A DNA stretch of 64,000 nucleotides from Takakia lepidozioides. Lineage: Eukaryota; Plantae; Bryophyta. Shown here in pieces: positions 24,708-37,400 of this stretch; the first letter of the stretch is position 1; each line of letters begins with the position of its first letter. The position numbers were made by a program, and so were the translations under genes. Location: assembly GCA_030704615.1 (NCBI GenBank), contig CM060731.1:39866001-39930000 (forward strand), given 5' to 3'. The notes under the pieces were generated by a model. That model saw only the letters and a list, made by a program, of their open reading frames with translations. It was not told where the DNA came from and made no database searches.

Positions 24708-25529
24708 CTGTAGTTCCCGCGTTCCCGAGTACTTCCATCTCGAACATCTCCTCTTCCATCCCTTCCTCCATCTCTTCCATCTCGGCTATCACGGGGATAT
24801 CCACCCTCACGGTCTCTATCCCCGTAGCCACCTCGACCACCTCCACGGCCGCCACGACCACCTCGTCCTCTCCCTCCTTCAAACTGAGGCCTCTGAGAAT
24901 CTTTCACTGTGGAGTCAACAGAACATAACAACAGAACACGCACAATCATCCAGACAGGAACCAGCGAGAAAACAGAAACCTGGCCGAGCAGTAGACAATC
25001 TCGAGGGACAACCGCAATACTTAATAGGCCACCTTCTCATTGTCGTCTAAACTGCGCCACGATGTCACGTCGTGCATACTCCCAAGAATAAATTTCTGAC
25101 ATTATGTGCCAAAGCTAAAAGAAGTTGCAGAAGACATAAAACCACAATGTGACCAACCTGGTCCCTTCAACAAGACAAAACTAGCAATTTCCAAAGCTGA
25201 GGTAATCCACAGGCTAGTCGGCAAAATTCAAGCTCAGTCTCTCCAGGGGTTCCCACACTGCACAAAAAGATGGCCTCCCTACTCTGACGAGCTTTCAAGC
25301 ATTAGAAAGAATGCATGTAAAAGATGGAGCCACCGCATTGAGTAGGCTTACCGGCCTCAGCTGGAGGAGGAGGCTTGGAGGGCAGCTTGGCAGGGGCCTG
25401 ATGTGCGGCCGGCTGCTTCTTCGCAGCAGGCTTGTCTGTAGGAGACGGGGTGGTTGCGCGAACGATGACGGCCGTGGGGTCCTCATTCTCATCGTCCCCA
25501 AGCAACGCGAAGAAGTTCTGCGTCGCCAT
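22722..25529 (-). CDS. RGG-repeat / hyaluronan-mRNA-binding (HABP4/Stm1-like) RNA-binding protein, RGGA family (spliced)
   Basis: Stm1-type N-terminus MATQNFFALLGDDENEDP; RGG repeats; RREHDRHSGSG..EMKRDGSGRGNWG; EMTLDEYEKVLEEKRK; C-terminus SINEFLKPA..RGRGR..APRIEDPGQFPTLGGK. Introns are GT-AG. Confidence 0.93.
24677..24708. repeat. (AAC)n microsatellite encoding poly-Asn in the RGG gene
   Basis: About 10 TTG units on the + strand, read as NNNNNNNNNN in the coding exon. Confidence 0.9.
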
Positions 25530-26069
25530 GACTCTTGGCCGCTGCTGCCGCCGCTGCTGCGACCTTGCTTCAGCCGGCGCTCAACCCCTTCACCTCAAGC
25601 TCTGCTTGCAGCCGCCTCACCTCAGCACTGCACTCTTTGCACTTTCTGACTCCATTCTTTCCTTATCCTCGCTTTCATCTAGACCCCGCTGTCTGATACT
25701 CCCACACTCTCCAGATACTTACCCTCACACGGCAGCGATGCAGCAAGCTGAGTGGAGAGCGAGCGAGCGAGAAAAACAACGATGCGGCGCTGCACTGCCC
25801 TCCCTCTCTTCCTCTCTCTCTCTCTCTCTCTTCCCCCATGCCCATCCCCATCCCATTCCTAACATCCCCATTCCTGCATCCATCCGACTCCATGTCTCCC
25901 TGTCTCGCGAACCTAACCCTAAAGCAGCCGTGCGTACTCGCGTAAGATACTTGATAAATACGGGTGTTCTGTTTTCCTACCTAAACTGTATTTTTGGGCT
26001 ATTTTCCACTTGGACGTTCTTATATAGGTATATATATATATATATTAGGGGCGACTATATTGCCACACC

Positions 26070-26820
26070 TTTAGGGCTTTGTTCTGGTAATTTCGATATC
26101 GTACCTCGTTTTTATAGAGAACAATGTACCTATGCCCAGTTCCGACCGTCCTTCCAATACCTTCATTTTATTTAATTTGATTAAAAGGGCCTCTGTCCCC
26201 TTTCCTTATAAGATTTTTTTTTGCTAACCACAGTGCCGTAACTCAGTATAACCTCTAAAGAGGGGGGTTAGGCAGAAATTAAATTAGGGCTTTGTTATGG
26301 TAATTTCATTTATGCCGACATCGTACCTCGTTTTTGTAGAGAACAATGTACTTATGCCCAGTTCCGACTTTCCTTCCAATACCGAAAAATTGCAAAACAT
26401 AGTGCCGTAATTTAGTACAACTACCTCTAAAGAAGGGGGTTCGGCAGAAATTAAATTAGGGCTTTGTTATGGTAATTTCATTTATGCCGACATCGTACCT
26501 CGTTTTTGTAGAGAACAATGTACTTATGCCCAGTTCCGACTTTCCTTCCAATACCGAAAAATTGCAAAACATAGTGCCGTAATTAGTAATTTAGTATAAC
26601 TAGGTCTAAAGAAGGGGGTGCGCAGAAATTACATTACTTTTAAGTGCCCAGAGATTTTGGTTCTCATAGCTCCCTGTAATTTTAAATATGTGTACATTGC
26701 ACCTCGTTTTGTATTGATGCCCAATCCCGACCGTCCTTTCAAGACCAGAAAACTGTAAACCACAGTACCGTAGCTTAGTACAACCCCCTCTAAAGAAGGG
26801 GGTTAAGCAGAAATTAAATT
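26070..26820. repeat. ~172-bp tandem repeat array (about 4 units) upstream of the RGG gene
   Basis: TTAGGGCTTTGTT..CGTACCTCGTTTTT..GCCCAGTTCCGAC..CTCTAAAG..GCAGAAATT recurs at ~26071, 26284 and 26456, with a degenerate unit at ~26670. Confidence 0.85.
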
Positions 26821-28419
26821 ATTTCTAAAGTTTAGGAATTCCGGAAATGTGTCAGAGATTTATTGGAAATTGATAAACTTTTAGAAAGACGAATAGACAG
26901 TCGACCATAGGACCTCTAAAGTGTCCTCCTTCCGCACCCTACGTCCAACAAGTACTACACTTCTTCACACACCGTTTCTGTTCATGCGATGTTTTTCAAC
27001 ATGGGGAAATAAAGCTCGTGTGGGGAAGAACAGACAAAAGGTAGGTTCGCAAAGCTCAAACCCTAAGGGGAAAAATAAAGCCAAAGACTTTTTCTTGGGG
27101 GAAAAAAAAAAAGAGGTTCAGTTAGCACCTGCAAATTGCCTAGCATATATACGGTACTTACCATGTATTTACGTTTGTATATAATGAACCACGGATCCCG
27201 GGAAGATACGGTCTACGTGGTTAGGTTGTGGTTAAGTGCATGGGACGCGCATGGCATGGCATGGGGATGCAGCATGGCGCACCATGCTGCGTGGCCGTTC
27301 AGATAGAGCAGGAGCGATCCGGAACGTCGGTGGCAAGCCCTAGTTTCCTGCTGTAGATAGGGCTGCCTACTCGGATAATGTTTGATTTAATAATAATAGT
27401 TTTGGTTGATATGAGTAAATAGCTTTGTCTTGGGCGCCGTCTCCTTTCAAGAAAAATAAGGAAAAACTGTCTTGTTTTGCGTTGTTATCTGAGAAGATCG
27501 TAGCCGTCCAAGGGTTGGATTTGAAGGGCTAAGATCACCTGTCAAGATTGTATGGAAGAGTTCACATGAGGAAGAAAGTTTCTCAATACAGATTCCTTCC
27601 AGGGATTCTTGGTTTTTCTTGGTCAGACTCAGGCTTTGTGCCTGGGCCCTTGTCAGAGTTTCCAGAAGACATTTGTGGTTGCAGTTCAAAACACTTTCCA
27701 TTCCATCATGGCTCTTGCAGGATGTCTTGCAGCATCCAGTGATTGGGAACCCAGCTGACTACTACACAGCAGCTGAAACTACTTGTGGGAAGAGTTTGGG
27801 TGGTTGAAAAGGTTATCAGTTCTTGCATCAGTGGAGGTCAATAACAGGAGCATATGAAATTAGTGCTGTTCAAAGCACAGATTGAATGCCGTCTTGAAAT
27901 ATTACATCTAGGGGAAAAAATTTGTGTGAAAACCAAGCCAACCCCATCACCTGGCATCCTCTTCCACACTGATCTATCAAGAGCTTCATCATGTGAAGGA
28001 CATTGATAGTGCTTTCCCCAATTTGTCCACCTGATGAAATCCTACTCTCATGCAACTACAAAAAAGAGAACAGGGTCTCTGATGGTATCCAATAAGAACA
28101 AATTACACCCTCCTGAACTATATATCATTGTCCTGCTCGTGCAGCTTTTCTACATCTTGTCCTGTGGACAACTGACCTGCATACTGATCTCGTGGGAGAA
28201 GTCCATAGCCATGGGCCCATACTTCCTGACCGTCAAGATAGATAACGTACACCTAGCTATGTCAACTCCACGGCCCCCGACATTTTCCCAGAATTATGAT
28301 CCGAGTAGAAGATTTACACAGACTGCCTGACATGTTCCCCACCTGATGGAAAAACCTTTGGCAAGATCCCTGGACACTATCTTCTCAGAGGTAACATATT
28401 GAACACTTTTTGATGATGA

Positions 28420-31400
28420 TCACACATAGGTCACAGGCCCTGACCTTGATGAGACAAATCGACGGAGAGGGCTAATGGAGGGCGGCACAGCGGGCTCTGG
28501 GTTGTGACCCTCCGCAAATGACACCTTGCGGCTGTACTCCAAAGGACCAGAGAACAACACAGGTTTCCTGCGTGCTTTGCCATCTGATGTCAACTCGCCA
28601 GTCCGCTGGTCTGTCTCCACTGGCCGTCTGTGATGAGTGCCAAACTTTATGGGCCCTGAGAAGATGGAGCCCCGGGAAGTTGTCGGCAGACTGCTCTCAA
28701 TTGATTCCCCATAGAACTCACTCCGGCTCTTTGCCACACCACCATTGCTAACAGGTGCACCTGAATACTGCTGCTTTCTGTTTGGGTGGGTGAGCATGAG
28801 GGTGGGCACTGCATTCTCGTAATACATCTGATAAATGGAACGCATTATTGTGTGGGGCACATGTCTCTCAAGTGTGCTCCGGGGGAGGTACTGTGACAGT
28901 TCACAGAGCTGATCCAAAAACACCAACTTGGCAACGAGAGGGCTTCTGTCAATCACATCAACTCTGCGTGTTAGATCATTTTTATTTTGGCCCAACAACT
29001 GGTTCACCGAGGGGGGCCATTCTCCTCTCATGCTACTCAGTGGGGCCATATACAGTGGGTCATACAGTGGAATTATTCTATTGCATTACGCCTTGACTAT
29101 TTGTAGCGACAGACACAATCACATACACTTTTCACGTCTGTTTCCCAGACATGGTTTTATTGACAACATTAAACAAGCTAAAGTGAGCTGGAATCAATGG
29201 AAAAAATTGAACTGACTTGAGGATTTTTCAGTCTACCCAGTTGTAGTTTAGGTGAGCTAGCTGCAAACTGCCAGAGGAAGGACCAACAATCCAGATGAAC
29301 CACAAGATTGATTGAGTGAACCTTTGAGAGTCATCCCACGCTTCAAGGACAACGGCAGTAGAGCATTGCACAAATGTCTTCAATGCAGCCTTGATGCTCG
29401 CTTCCACAGCCTCCCTAGTTTCTGCACCCTGCACTGTTGCACTATCTCCATGCACGTTAGGCCCTCTTCTGCTGGCTTGCTCCGGGGCCTGAAGTTGCCT
29501 TTGTATTCGGTCTGCCCGCACCCACTCACTCGCAGCTATAACTGCATTAATGCACCTGCACATCCATGCTCTTGAACTCAGTTTCTAACTGGCAAGGGCA
29601 AAGCTCTGGGGCTCACTAAATTTTTCCACTGCAGAGGGGTCAACTCTGAGGTCAAGAAAACCATGCTTTGTCGCGTTATTAGACCTGCCTTGGAGTACGG
29701 ATCTGCTATATGGGTTGATAACTCCAACCAGGCTAAGTCTCTAGAATCCATTCAAGTGGGGGTGCTTAAGGAGTGTATGTCAGCATGCTCCAAAACAGCC
29801 AATGTGGCTGTTCGGGGTGAGTTTGGCATTCCGTCCTTAAGCTCCCGACGAGATGAATTCAAGGTCAGATGGTGGGGTCAGCTGCAACATATGCCCAACA
29901 CCAGATATCCTAAGTTAATCGACTCTATATCTTGGAAACAGGACCGCCCTGTCAAACAGCTAAGTCCTGGCAGAAGAGAGTAGAAGAGATCCTCAAGGAC
30001 CTGGACCTGGATCCGCAAGTCTTGACCCTGCTGGATAAATCTGACTTAGAGGCTGTAGTGTCCTCAGCCATGTCTGTTGCCATGAGATTGTCTGATGAAA
30101 ATGAAGTTAGGCAGAAAACTTCCCTGAACTTGTTTCCAGTCTGTGACGTGGGGGAGGACATCTTGGATGACCTCAAGGGTCTACCCACTCTCGGCACTAG
30201 ACTGAAATTTAAACTCAGGGCAGGAAGCCTAACTTTGAACAGCAAACAGAAGCAGAGAGGAAAGGGAGAGTGCAATTGCCCGTTGTGTGGGCAATCTGAA
30301 GACAGTATTCATTTTCTGATACACTGTCCGGGGTTCTCTCACCAAAGAGACGCTCTCTTCAAATCTATTAAGGGAATTGTGCCTGTACCCCTGTTTACCA
30401 ACTTTGAAAGTCTCGAGGCTGAGCCAAAAGCCCAGGCCCTCCTGAGGCCTAGTTTTTGGGCAAATCACACACAGCAGATTGATGCTTGTGTGAAGGGATT
30501 TCTAGAGGATATCTGGAAAACCCGGATTAATTCTTTATATGGAGGTAAGTCTTACTACTGTCCCTTTTGTTCCCGCTCAAACTGGGCGCGGGGTCAATGG
30601 CCACAAGGCTACGGCAAACAACGTCTTATGAGTACAATCTATATCTACTGATGCTCACCAACAAATCAAGCTTCATGCAGAAGCGCTTACTAACATGTTA
30701 TTTGCAATCTCCACCCACATTTTTTTTGAGTGAAGAAGACTGCTAAAAGGAATTACAATCTCACAAATCAACTTCCTTCCTCAATGATGGGATCCAATTA
30801 AATGTGAATCTTGCATCTGCAGGCCCACAGGCCATCCAACCCCTGCATGTGCACATTTTTTAAGCTTAAGCCAGGTGATGTCACCTCGATGGCTCCTCAT
30901 CTGGGGGTTTGTGTGAGAAAGAACTACTCTAACAATTCCCTGCCAATGTTGGCTATGGCGTACGAAAGGAAATGTTTGATTTGAGGAAGATTCTGGTTTC
31001 CAAGGAGTTTGGACATCATGGTAGAAAAGCACATCGTATCTACCACCACTGGTGCAGTGGCCGCAAACTTTAGGAGCAGCCAGTCTAGGAGAGGGTGGAG
31101 AGAGGGACAAAGGAAGAAAGCGAAGGAAAAACTCTATAATGTCCCCGTGGAGAGAGAGATACAGAAAGAGTTTAAATGCAGATGAAAGACTCAATAAGAA
31201 AAGAATCCTTAAGAGACAGAACACTAAGCACATCACAGATATATCAAAGAATAACACCTGGCTAAGCAGTGAACATTGGTGGTGAAGCCGCCAGTGTGGA
31301 TGCTGAAGGTGGAAGAGGTCCAGATCTGGGCAGTCATGCATGCAACGAAAAGGAATGGTAGCAATGCCCAAGTTTGGTCGCCTGCTCCTCCCACATCAAG

Positions 31401-34400
31401 CAGTATGGAATGCACCATGACAGTATCTCCATCGTCAATTGCTCCTATGCGACTGGCCAGCAGTTTCAGTTTCAAAAGGTTGGGCTTTTCAGGTATAGAT
31501 ACAGGCGCATACTTTGCAAAATCTGAGAAGAGGGAGAAGAGGAGAGGCGTATTGGAGCGTAGCACCTGGGAGGTGGCCTCTGCCAAAAGGGAACGGAAAC
31601 TGAGGGCGTGGCCCACCTGCACTGAGTAGTTCATGAGCATTTCCAGCTCCACAACCTGCTTCAACCCACTCTCACGATGCACTTGACTATGAACATTCCC
31701 TGCCAGTGCTTCCAAGGCATCCTTGTTCGAGCGCAATGTAATATCAAGGCAATTCAGAAGCACAGAAAGTTGCTCCTGCAAGCTGTTGCACAGCTTGTCG
31801 ACCCCATAAGGCCCAAAAATGCGCACAAATGCCTTAAGCTCTGCTAAGTCAGCCACTGACTCTGCGGCCATCCTCCCTGTGGGCCTGGCGCTCCTGAAGC
31901 ACTTATCTAGAGGTGCAAACAAAACCCCTGTGGCTTTAACATCCCGCAAAATATTCTCAACATACCAGTCCGCAATGGTGCACACAGCCTCACCACCAGC
32001 ACCAACATCCCGATCATCAGGGTGCAAGTCTTGCATGTGCCCAGCAAATGACTCTGTCAGCAGGACCTCACGCAGACCACGTGTAAGATCTAGCTGCACA
32101 TGTTGCTCCACCAGATGCACAATGCTCATATGACGCTGCAGCCGTGCCTCTACTACTGATGGCCGTTGCAGATCACCATCCACCATTATAATACTTGTCA
32201 GTCGACCACGGAAGTTCTTCACAACTCGGTCCCTCAAGTACTGCAGACATACCAGAAGTTTTCTTGTCAACAGGATTAGCCTTGGGCAGTCTTCTCCACC
32301 TTCTGAGCTTGCAGAGCTGTGTAACCTTCCTAAGTAAGCAATTCCATGCGTAAGGCAGTGCGCACCTGCAGAAATGCAGCAGGAGTGACCGCACAATCTT
32401 CCTAACTCAACAGAATCCCAAAAGAAGCAGGTGCTTTTCAGATATGGGGCTAAGTTGGCTGAACTAGAAAGTAATGATGGTCAAAGGATGTACCTCTCGT
32501 GGTACAAACAGATGATTAAGGACGCGTAATGGCTCCATATCATTCAGCACTGAACAGAGACTTGTGAGTCTTTGTACTGCTGCCTCCAGCCTGTGCAACC
32601 AAACAGACAGGTATGCTAAAAGATGTCTTGTCCAAGTACCAAGTACCAACAAGAATCAAGCTATAAGCATGCCACTATCGATCCCCCACCTTACGTAGAG
32701 TTTGATTGGGCCTCAGGATGAAAGTTGGCAGCTAAGTCACACTGCCAGTCACAGGAGCTGGTCATGCCTGGAGTCATTACTTAAGCCACAAGGAAGGGGA
32801 TGCTGGAGGTAGGGGTGACTCGAGCGAAGCAGAGTACAGCTGGACTGAAACAACGGAGCCTAGCAAACAGTATCTCTCATGTGCAACAGTCTCATAGCCT
32901 CCACATATCCACAATAAACTATCCTACTGTTGAGAAGTTTCACATCGAAGACAAGCAAAATATTAGGGTGTTACTGTATCCAGTAATGTACCCGGGTGCC
33001 GATTCAACCTTTCAAGTAAGCAACAACCATCAATCTGAAGCAGACAGTGTTTCTCATTTTGTGAAGTTTTTTCTAGTGACATCTGCAGACAGTGTCGTGG
33101 GCCAGATGAGCTGGACCAATAGCAGTTGTCAGTATAGGGCATAGGTGAACAGGGTGAGAGGTCACATTGTACATTTTGATGGAGTCTCTGTTGGAGGGTT
33201 CACTTTCACAGCCAGGCAGAGGAAGATCAAGATTGTTCTTGGTGGACTTGTTTGCAGGGAGGCCAGCCTTGCTTACTTGGTTGATGCGGAGGGCTGCCTG
33301 CTCTGGAAGAAGCTGCAAGATGAACACGATATCCTAAGCATATTTAGCAGCAAAAACTCACACAACAATTCTTATCAGCTTTTATCCAAGTTCGTCAAAC
33401 CCCAAGTATATCCACTCAGGGATTATGGAGGAATCTGCACCCATCCCTGCCATGTTGATGCTACATTGCCATGTGTCAGATAAATTTTAGTTTCCAAATA
33501 CAGTACACAGGGTCAAACTATCTCATCAATGAACAAGGGGTCTTCTCTAATTCAACTCCTGACCATTAGATCAGGTAAAATTTGGTCTATAGAAAGTCTC
33601 TGCTTGCTGAATAACTGCACGAATTAGAGTCTATGGCACACTGCACGAGGCCAGAATGTACCTTGTTATCAAGCGAACCATATCCACCTTCTGAGTCTAG
33701 AATATTTATTAGACCCTCTAGTCCACCCATCAGTGAATCCAGCAAAGACTCTGCGTATGAAACTGCATCTCGTGCCAGTTTTGGGAGCTGCAATATCAAG
33801 CACCAGTCACACTATAAAAACTAAGAACATTACTCCAAAAGGCTTTAGACAGGTTACTCGCAACAGTTTTTCAACGTCAGCAATTTTGCATATGCAGGTC
33901 TCCTTTGCATGTTTAACTCAAAGCAACTCATAGATGGACATCAAACTCCAGCCATTGTCCTCTTAACGTTAGTAACTGCTATAAGCGATGCCGGGTAACA
34001 CAACCATACCTGACATGTCCCTGCATAAAAAAAGGAAGTGAAAATTACTTCCCTAAATGACCATCCTGCTTTTTCCACTCCACGAGCTTAACAGCTAGAA
34101 ATATGCAAGCTGCTTACAACATGAGACAACCTGCAGTGGGAACATCATGTGGAAAGGCAAGAGATGGACCTCATCAGGAACATTGGGGTGAGCGTTGTCA
34201 GGGAAAGCACATGCCAGGCCCAACCAGGCACAGCAATGCTGAGGCCGCCCTTCGGGTCCAAACATGGTATGACGAAACACCTGCACAATCTCCAGATATA
34301 AGACCTGCAGTTGTGAGGCACCTACTTCTGAAAATGTAAATGTTGATTCAGCAAAGGTCATCAAGCTAAGCCTCACCGCAGTAACATGAGAGCGATAGAA

Positions 34401-37400
34401 GTAGAGGACTTTGAGACATGTGTGCTGCACCAACTGCTTCTCCATTTCATCCACGCTCCTGTGCCATCCAGATCCAGTTTGAATCCTGCTACCTTTGCTT
34501 ATCTATCTCTGAGGCTGCACCTGACATTGAAGTGGCCTAGTGAAACAACTGTACCACAGAAGCCTTGCAAATAACAGACACTATGAAGTGATCGATTGAG
34601 CATTTCCTTTTAGTGAAAGCGGTACATTAGTTTCACCCTTACTTTGCCAGAATGTGCACCCATTCTTCATTCGTACTTCTTTTCTTGCATTACACAGGTT
34701 GATCACCAAAACAGGACAAAGCATACCTTCGCATCAGGAACACATCCTGGTTTTCGAGATGGCGGTTTACTTCAGTCTACAAGTGGCGCCAACTGGAACT
34801 TGGAACGTACAAAGAAGGAACAAAGAGGATGGACTACCTGGACCAAAGAAAAGCAAGGTTGCCTTCGGCAACAATACTGTCTTTGCCTGTTGACACCGTG
34901 GCCTTGTCCAAATGGCGAATGTTGATGGGAGATCTTGACGACGATACCAGCATGATCAGTCGCAGCCAGTCCCTGCGATACACCTTCACACGAACCCCAC
35001 TCATTCAACTTTAGAATGGGTGCCTCCACTAAACAGTCAATTGATTGTGCAGGTCTTGTCTAAATGCTACACAAATCAGAGGTATGTCTTATGATGCCAC
35101 ACACTGCACAGAAAACACATTTTAGGAGGCACAGAGTCCTGCAACTTGCAGGAAGATAGTCTGGTTCATTCTGTAAATGGCACATGACTATTACTCACCA
35201 GCAAATCTCAACACACTAAAGTGGATAACATGAAGATTTTATGATCTCGTCAGCAAAAGAAATATGTAATCAATGCGGTTTTGAATTATCAAATTGGATG
35301 CTGGCAAAACAAGTGGCCTCACTACCAAACAATAGCAGTTAACATTGAGTTGTCTTCAGGTTGGCACCCGTACCTTACTCCATCCTTGACCTGAAGGAGG
35401 ATGTACAATTCTAATATGCTTACATGGGAGTCTGTTCGGATGAACCAGTGCAAGGAGGCTAATAGATGCACATACCGAAAGATCCAGAGAGCTGGGAACA
35501 ACTTTGTCACTCTGCAACTTCGGAAGCCGCTCAAGAGCATCCAAAGCAGAGTGAAACAAATGGCGCAATTCCGTGTCAATGTCAAGAGCCACCATCCCTG
35601 GCCCATTTAGGAGATTCTGCATCCTTTGGGCCGCTGCAGCCAGATATGCCATTGCAAAACCTCGGACAGCTGTATGCCTCAAGGAATGCTGGTTCAGCAC
35701 AATGCTCAACCCTACTTAAATATAAACAAACCACATAAAACCTTGCACATGCACACTGGGATGAAGACGAAGGGAAATTTCTTCTTCCCTTCATTTTTTG
35801 AAGGGCGAATTGACTCTCAGGTAGACAGACTGCATGTGTCCAGACGTCCAGACATATAGTATGCGAACCTGGTGTGTATTTGCGAATAAGGTTGATGAGT
35901 CGATCCATGCCATCGAGAAGGAAGCCTATGGTTGGATCAGCGATATCCTGCAGCAGTGTACACTCCCATCAGCTGTGACCTTCAGCTTGCCAGCCTTGAC
36001 AACCTAGTCATCAAAGCCTGCCAGCGGATCATTCTATTTGCACATTATAAACAAAGCAGAAAAGAACGCAGATTCAGGAATCTGGCGATACGCACCATGT
36101 CAACAGGACTGATGCGAGTTCCCTTGGATTTGCCAACCATGACTCCCACATGGCTGAAATACCACAGGATTTCTGAACGTGCCATTGCCAATGCAGAAAA
36201 AACCATCTGCAACGTAGTAGTTACTTGCTCAATGTCATTGCATGGTCACTCTTACAACGGCCGACACAATGGGCAGCTCATAGCTTCAAAGTAAGAAAGC
36301 ATGAGAAATGTGAACGAAGCAAGCGTAACTTATGGTGTCACTTTGACCCGAAGGGGTCCTGCCTTCCAGTGGGAAGGTGGGACATGTTTCAACCCACAAC
36401 CACTACTGAGGCGGCTTGTGCCATTACTACTGGGCTAAATGTTGGTTATCAAGAGCATGAGATATATTTTCACTTCTACAATAAGCCTCTGTCAACAATC
36501 AATATTTCACAAGCAAGACAGCTTACAAAACATTTCTTCAAGTCCTCCCAAGTAAAAACCCCTCATCAAAATCTCCAGTGGGAGATAGGCTCAAATTTGA
36601 GGCCGAGGGATGACTATCTTATTAGTTAAGGGACTAAAGGATCTATAAAGCATGTTTGTCAGAGGAGAGAGTGAGAGAAAGGCACCTGAAGATTGGGTGC
36701 CAGGAGGGTAGGCTGATCTGAAAAGAATAGAAGCATACGACCAAGTTCCTGCTTAAGTAACAAGCGGTGCTCGCGATGCACAGCATCTGCATGGCTGACA
36801 GCCATGTCTTGCGCCTCACTGTCACAGTGAACACCACAACACTTCATCAGCATGTTTCTCCTTAACTCCACCAGACCATACGATGCAAAAAAATTGCATG
36901 CAAATGTTGCGAAGGAATATCTACATTGCTCACAATGGTGAGGCTGCACCAACCGTCTTTCAACTATGTAGCAAATGCAATTAATTGGAAGCTGCATGAT
37001 AAGTCTGGTGACAACCCTAGACCTAGAGGCTCCTTTAGTCGCAATAAATTTCTTTTTCTTGTGGAGAGTCATAGTACCAACCAGATCTGCTTTTCAACCT
37101 GCTTGGCGAGGTTGTACTCAGAGTCAGCATCCTTGGCCTTCACACGGCCTGCCTTTGCCAGCTTCTTCGATTCTGCAATTCTGGGCAGCACATACTGCTG
37201 GTACTCCTCATGCAATACTATGTACTGCAGTCATCCAGAAACAGCCAGCTCCTGAGTACATGGTGATTATCACCCAATACATGTGTTCGTCTTTAACATC
37301 AACATGGCAGAGTGAAGGTGGTGCTGACTGTCAACCATGAGAGAGATATCACTAAGACAGGATTTTGACCTGCTTAGAAGTTTCAACCACACATGGTTTA

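Noticed and set aside
24418-25050. Poly-Thr and poly-Cys ORFs
   Set aside because: They are alternative-frame and antisense readings of the RGG exon and its AAC microsatellite.
26070-26820. Repeat arrays (also 54165-54980) as CRISPR-like
   Set aside because: They are long contiguous units without unique spacers, in a eukaryotic context with no cas genes.
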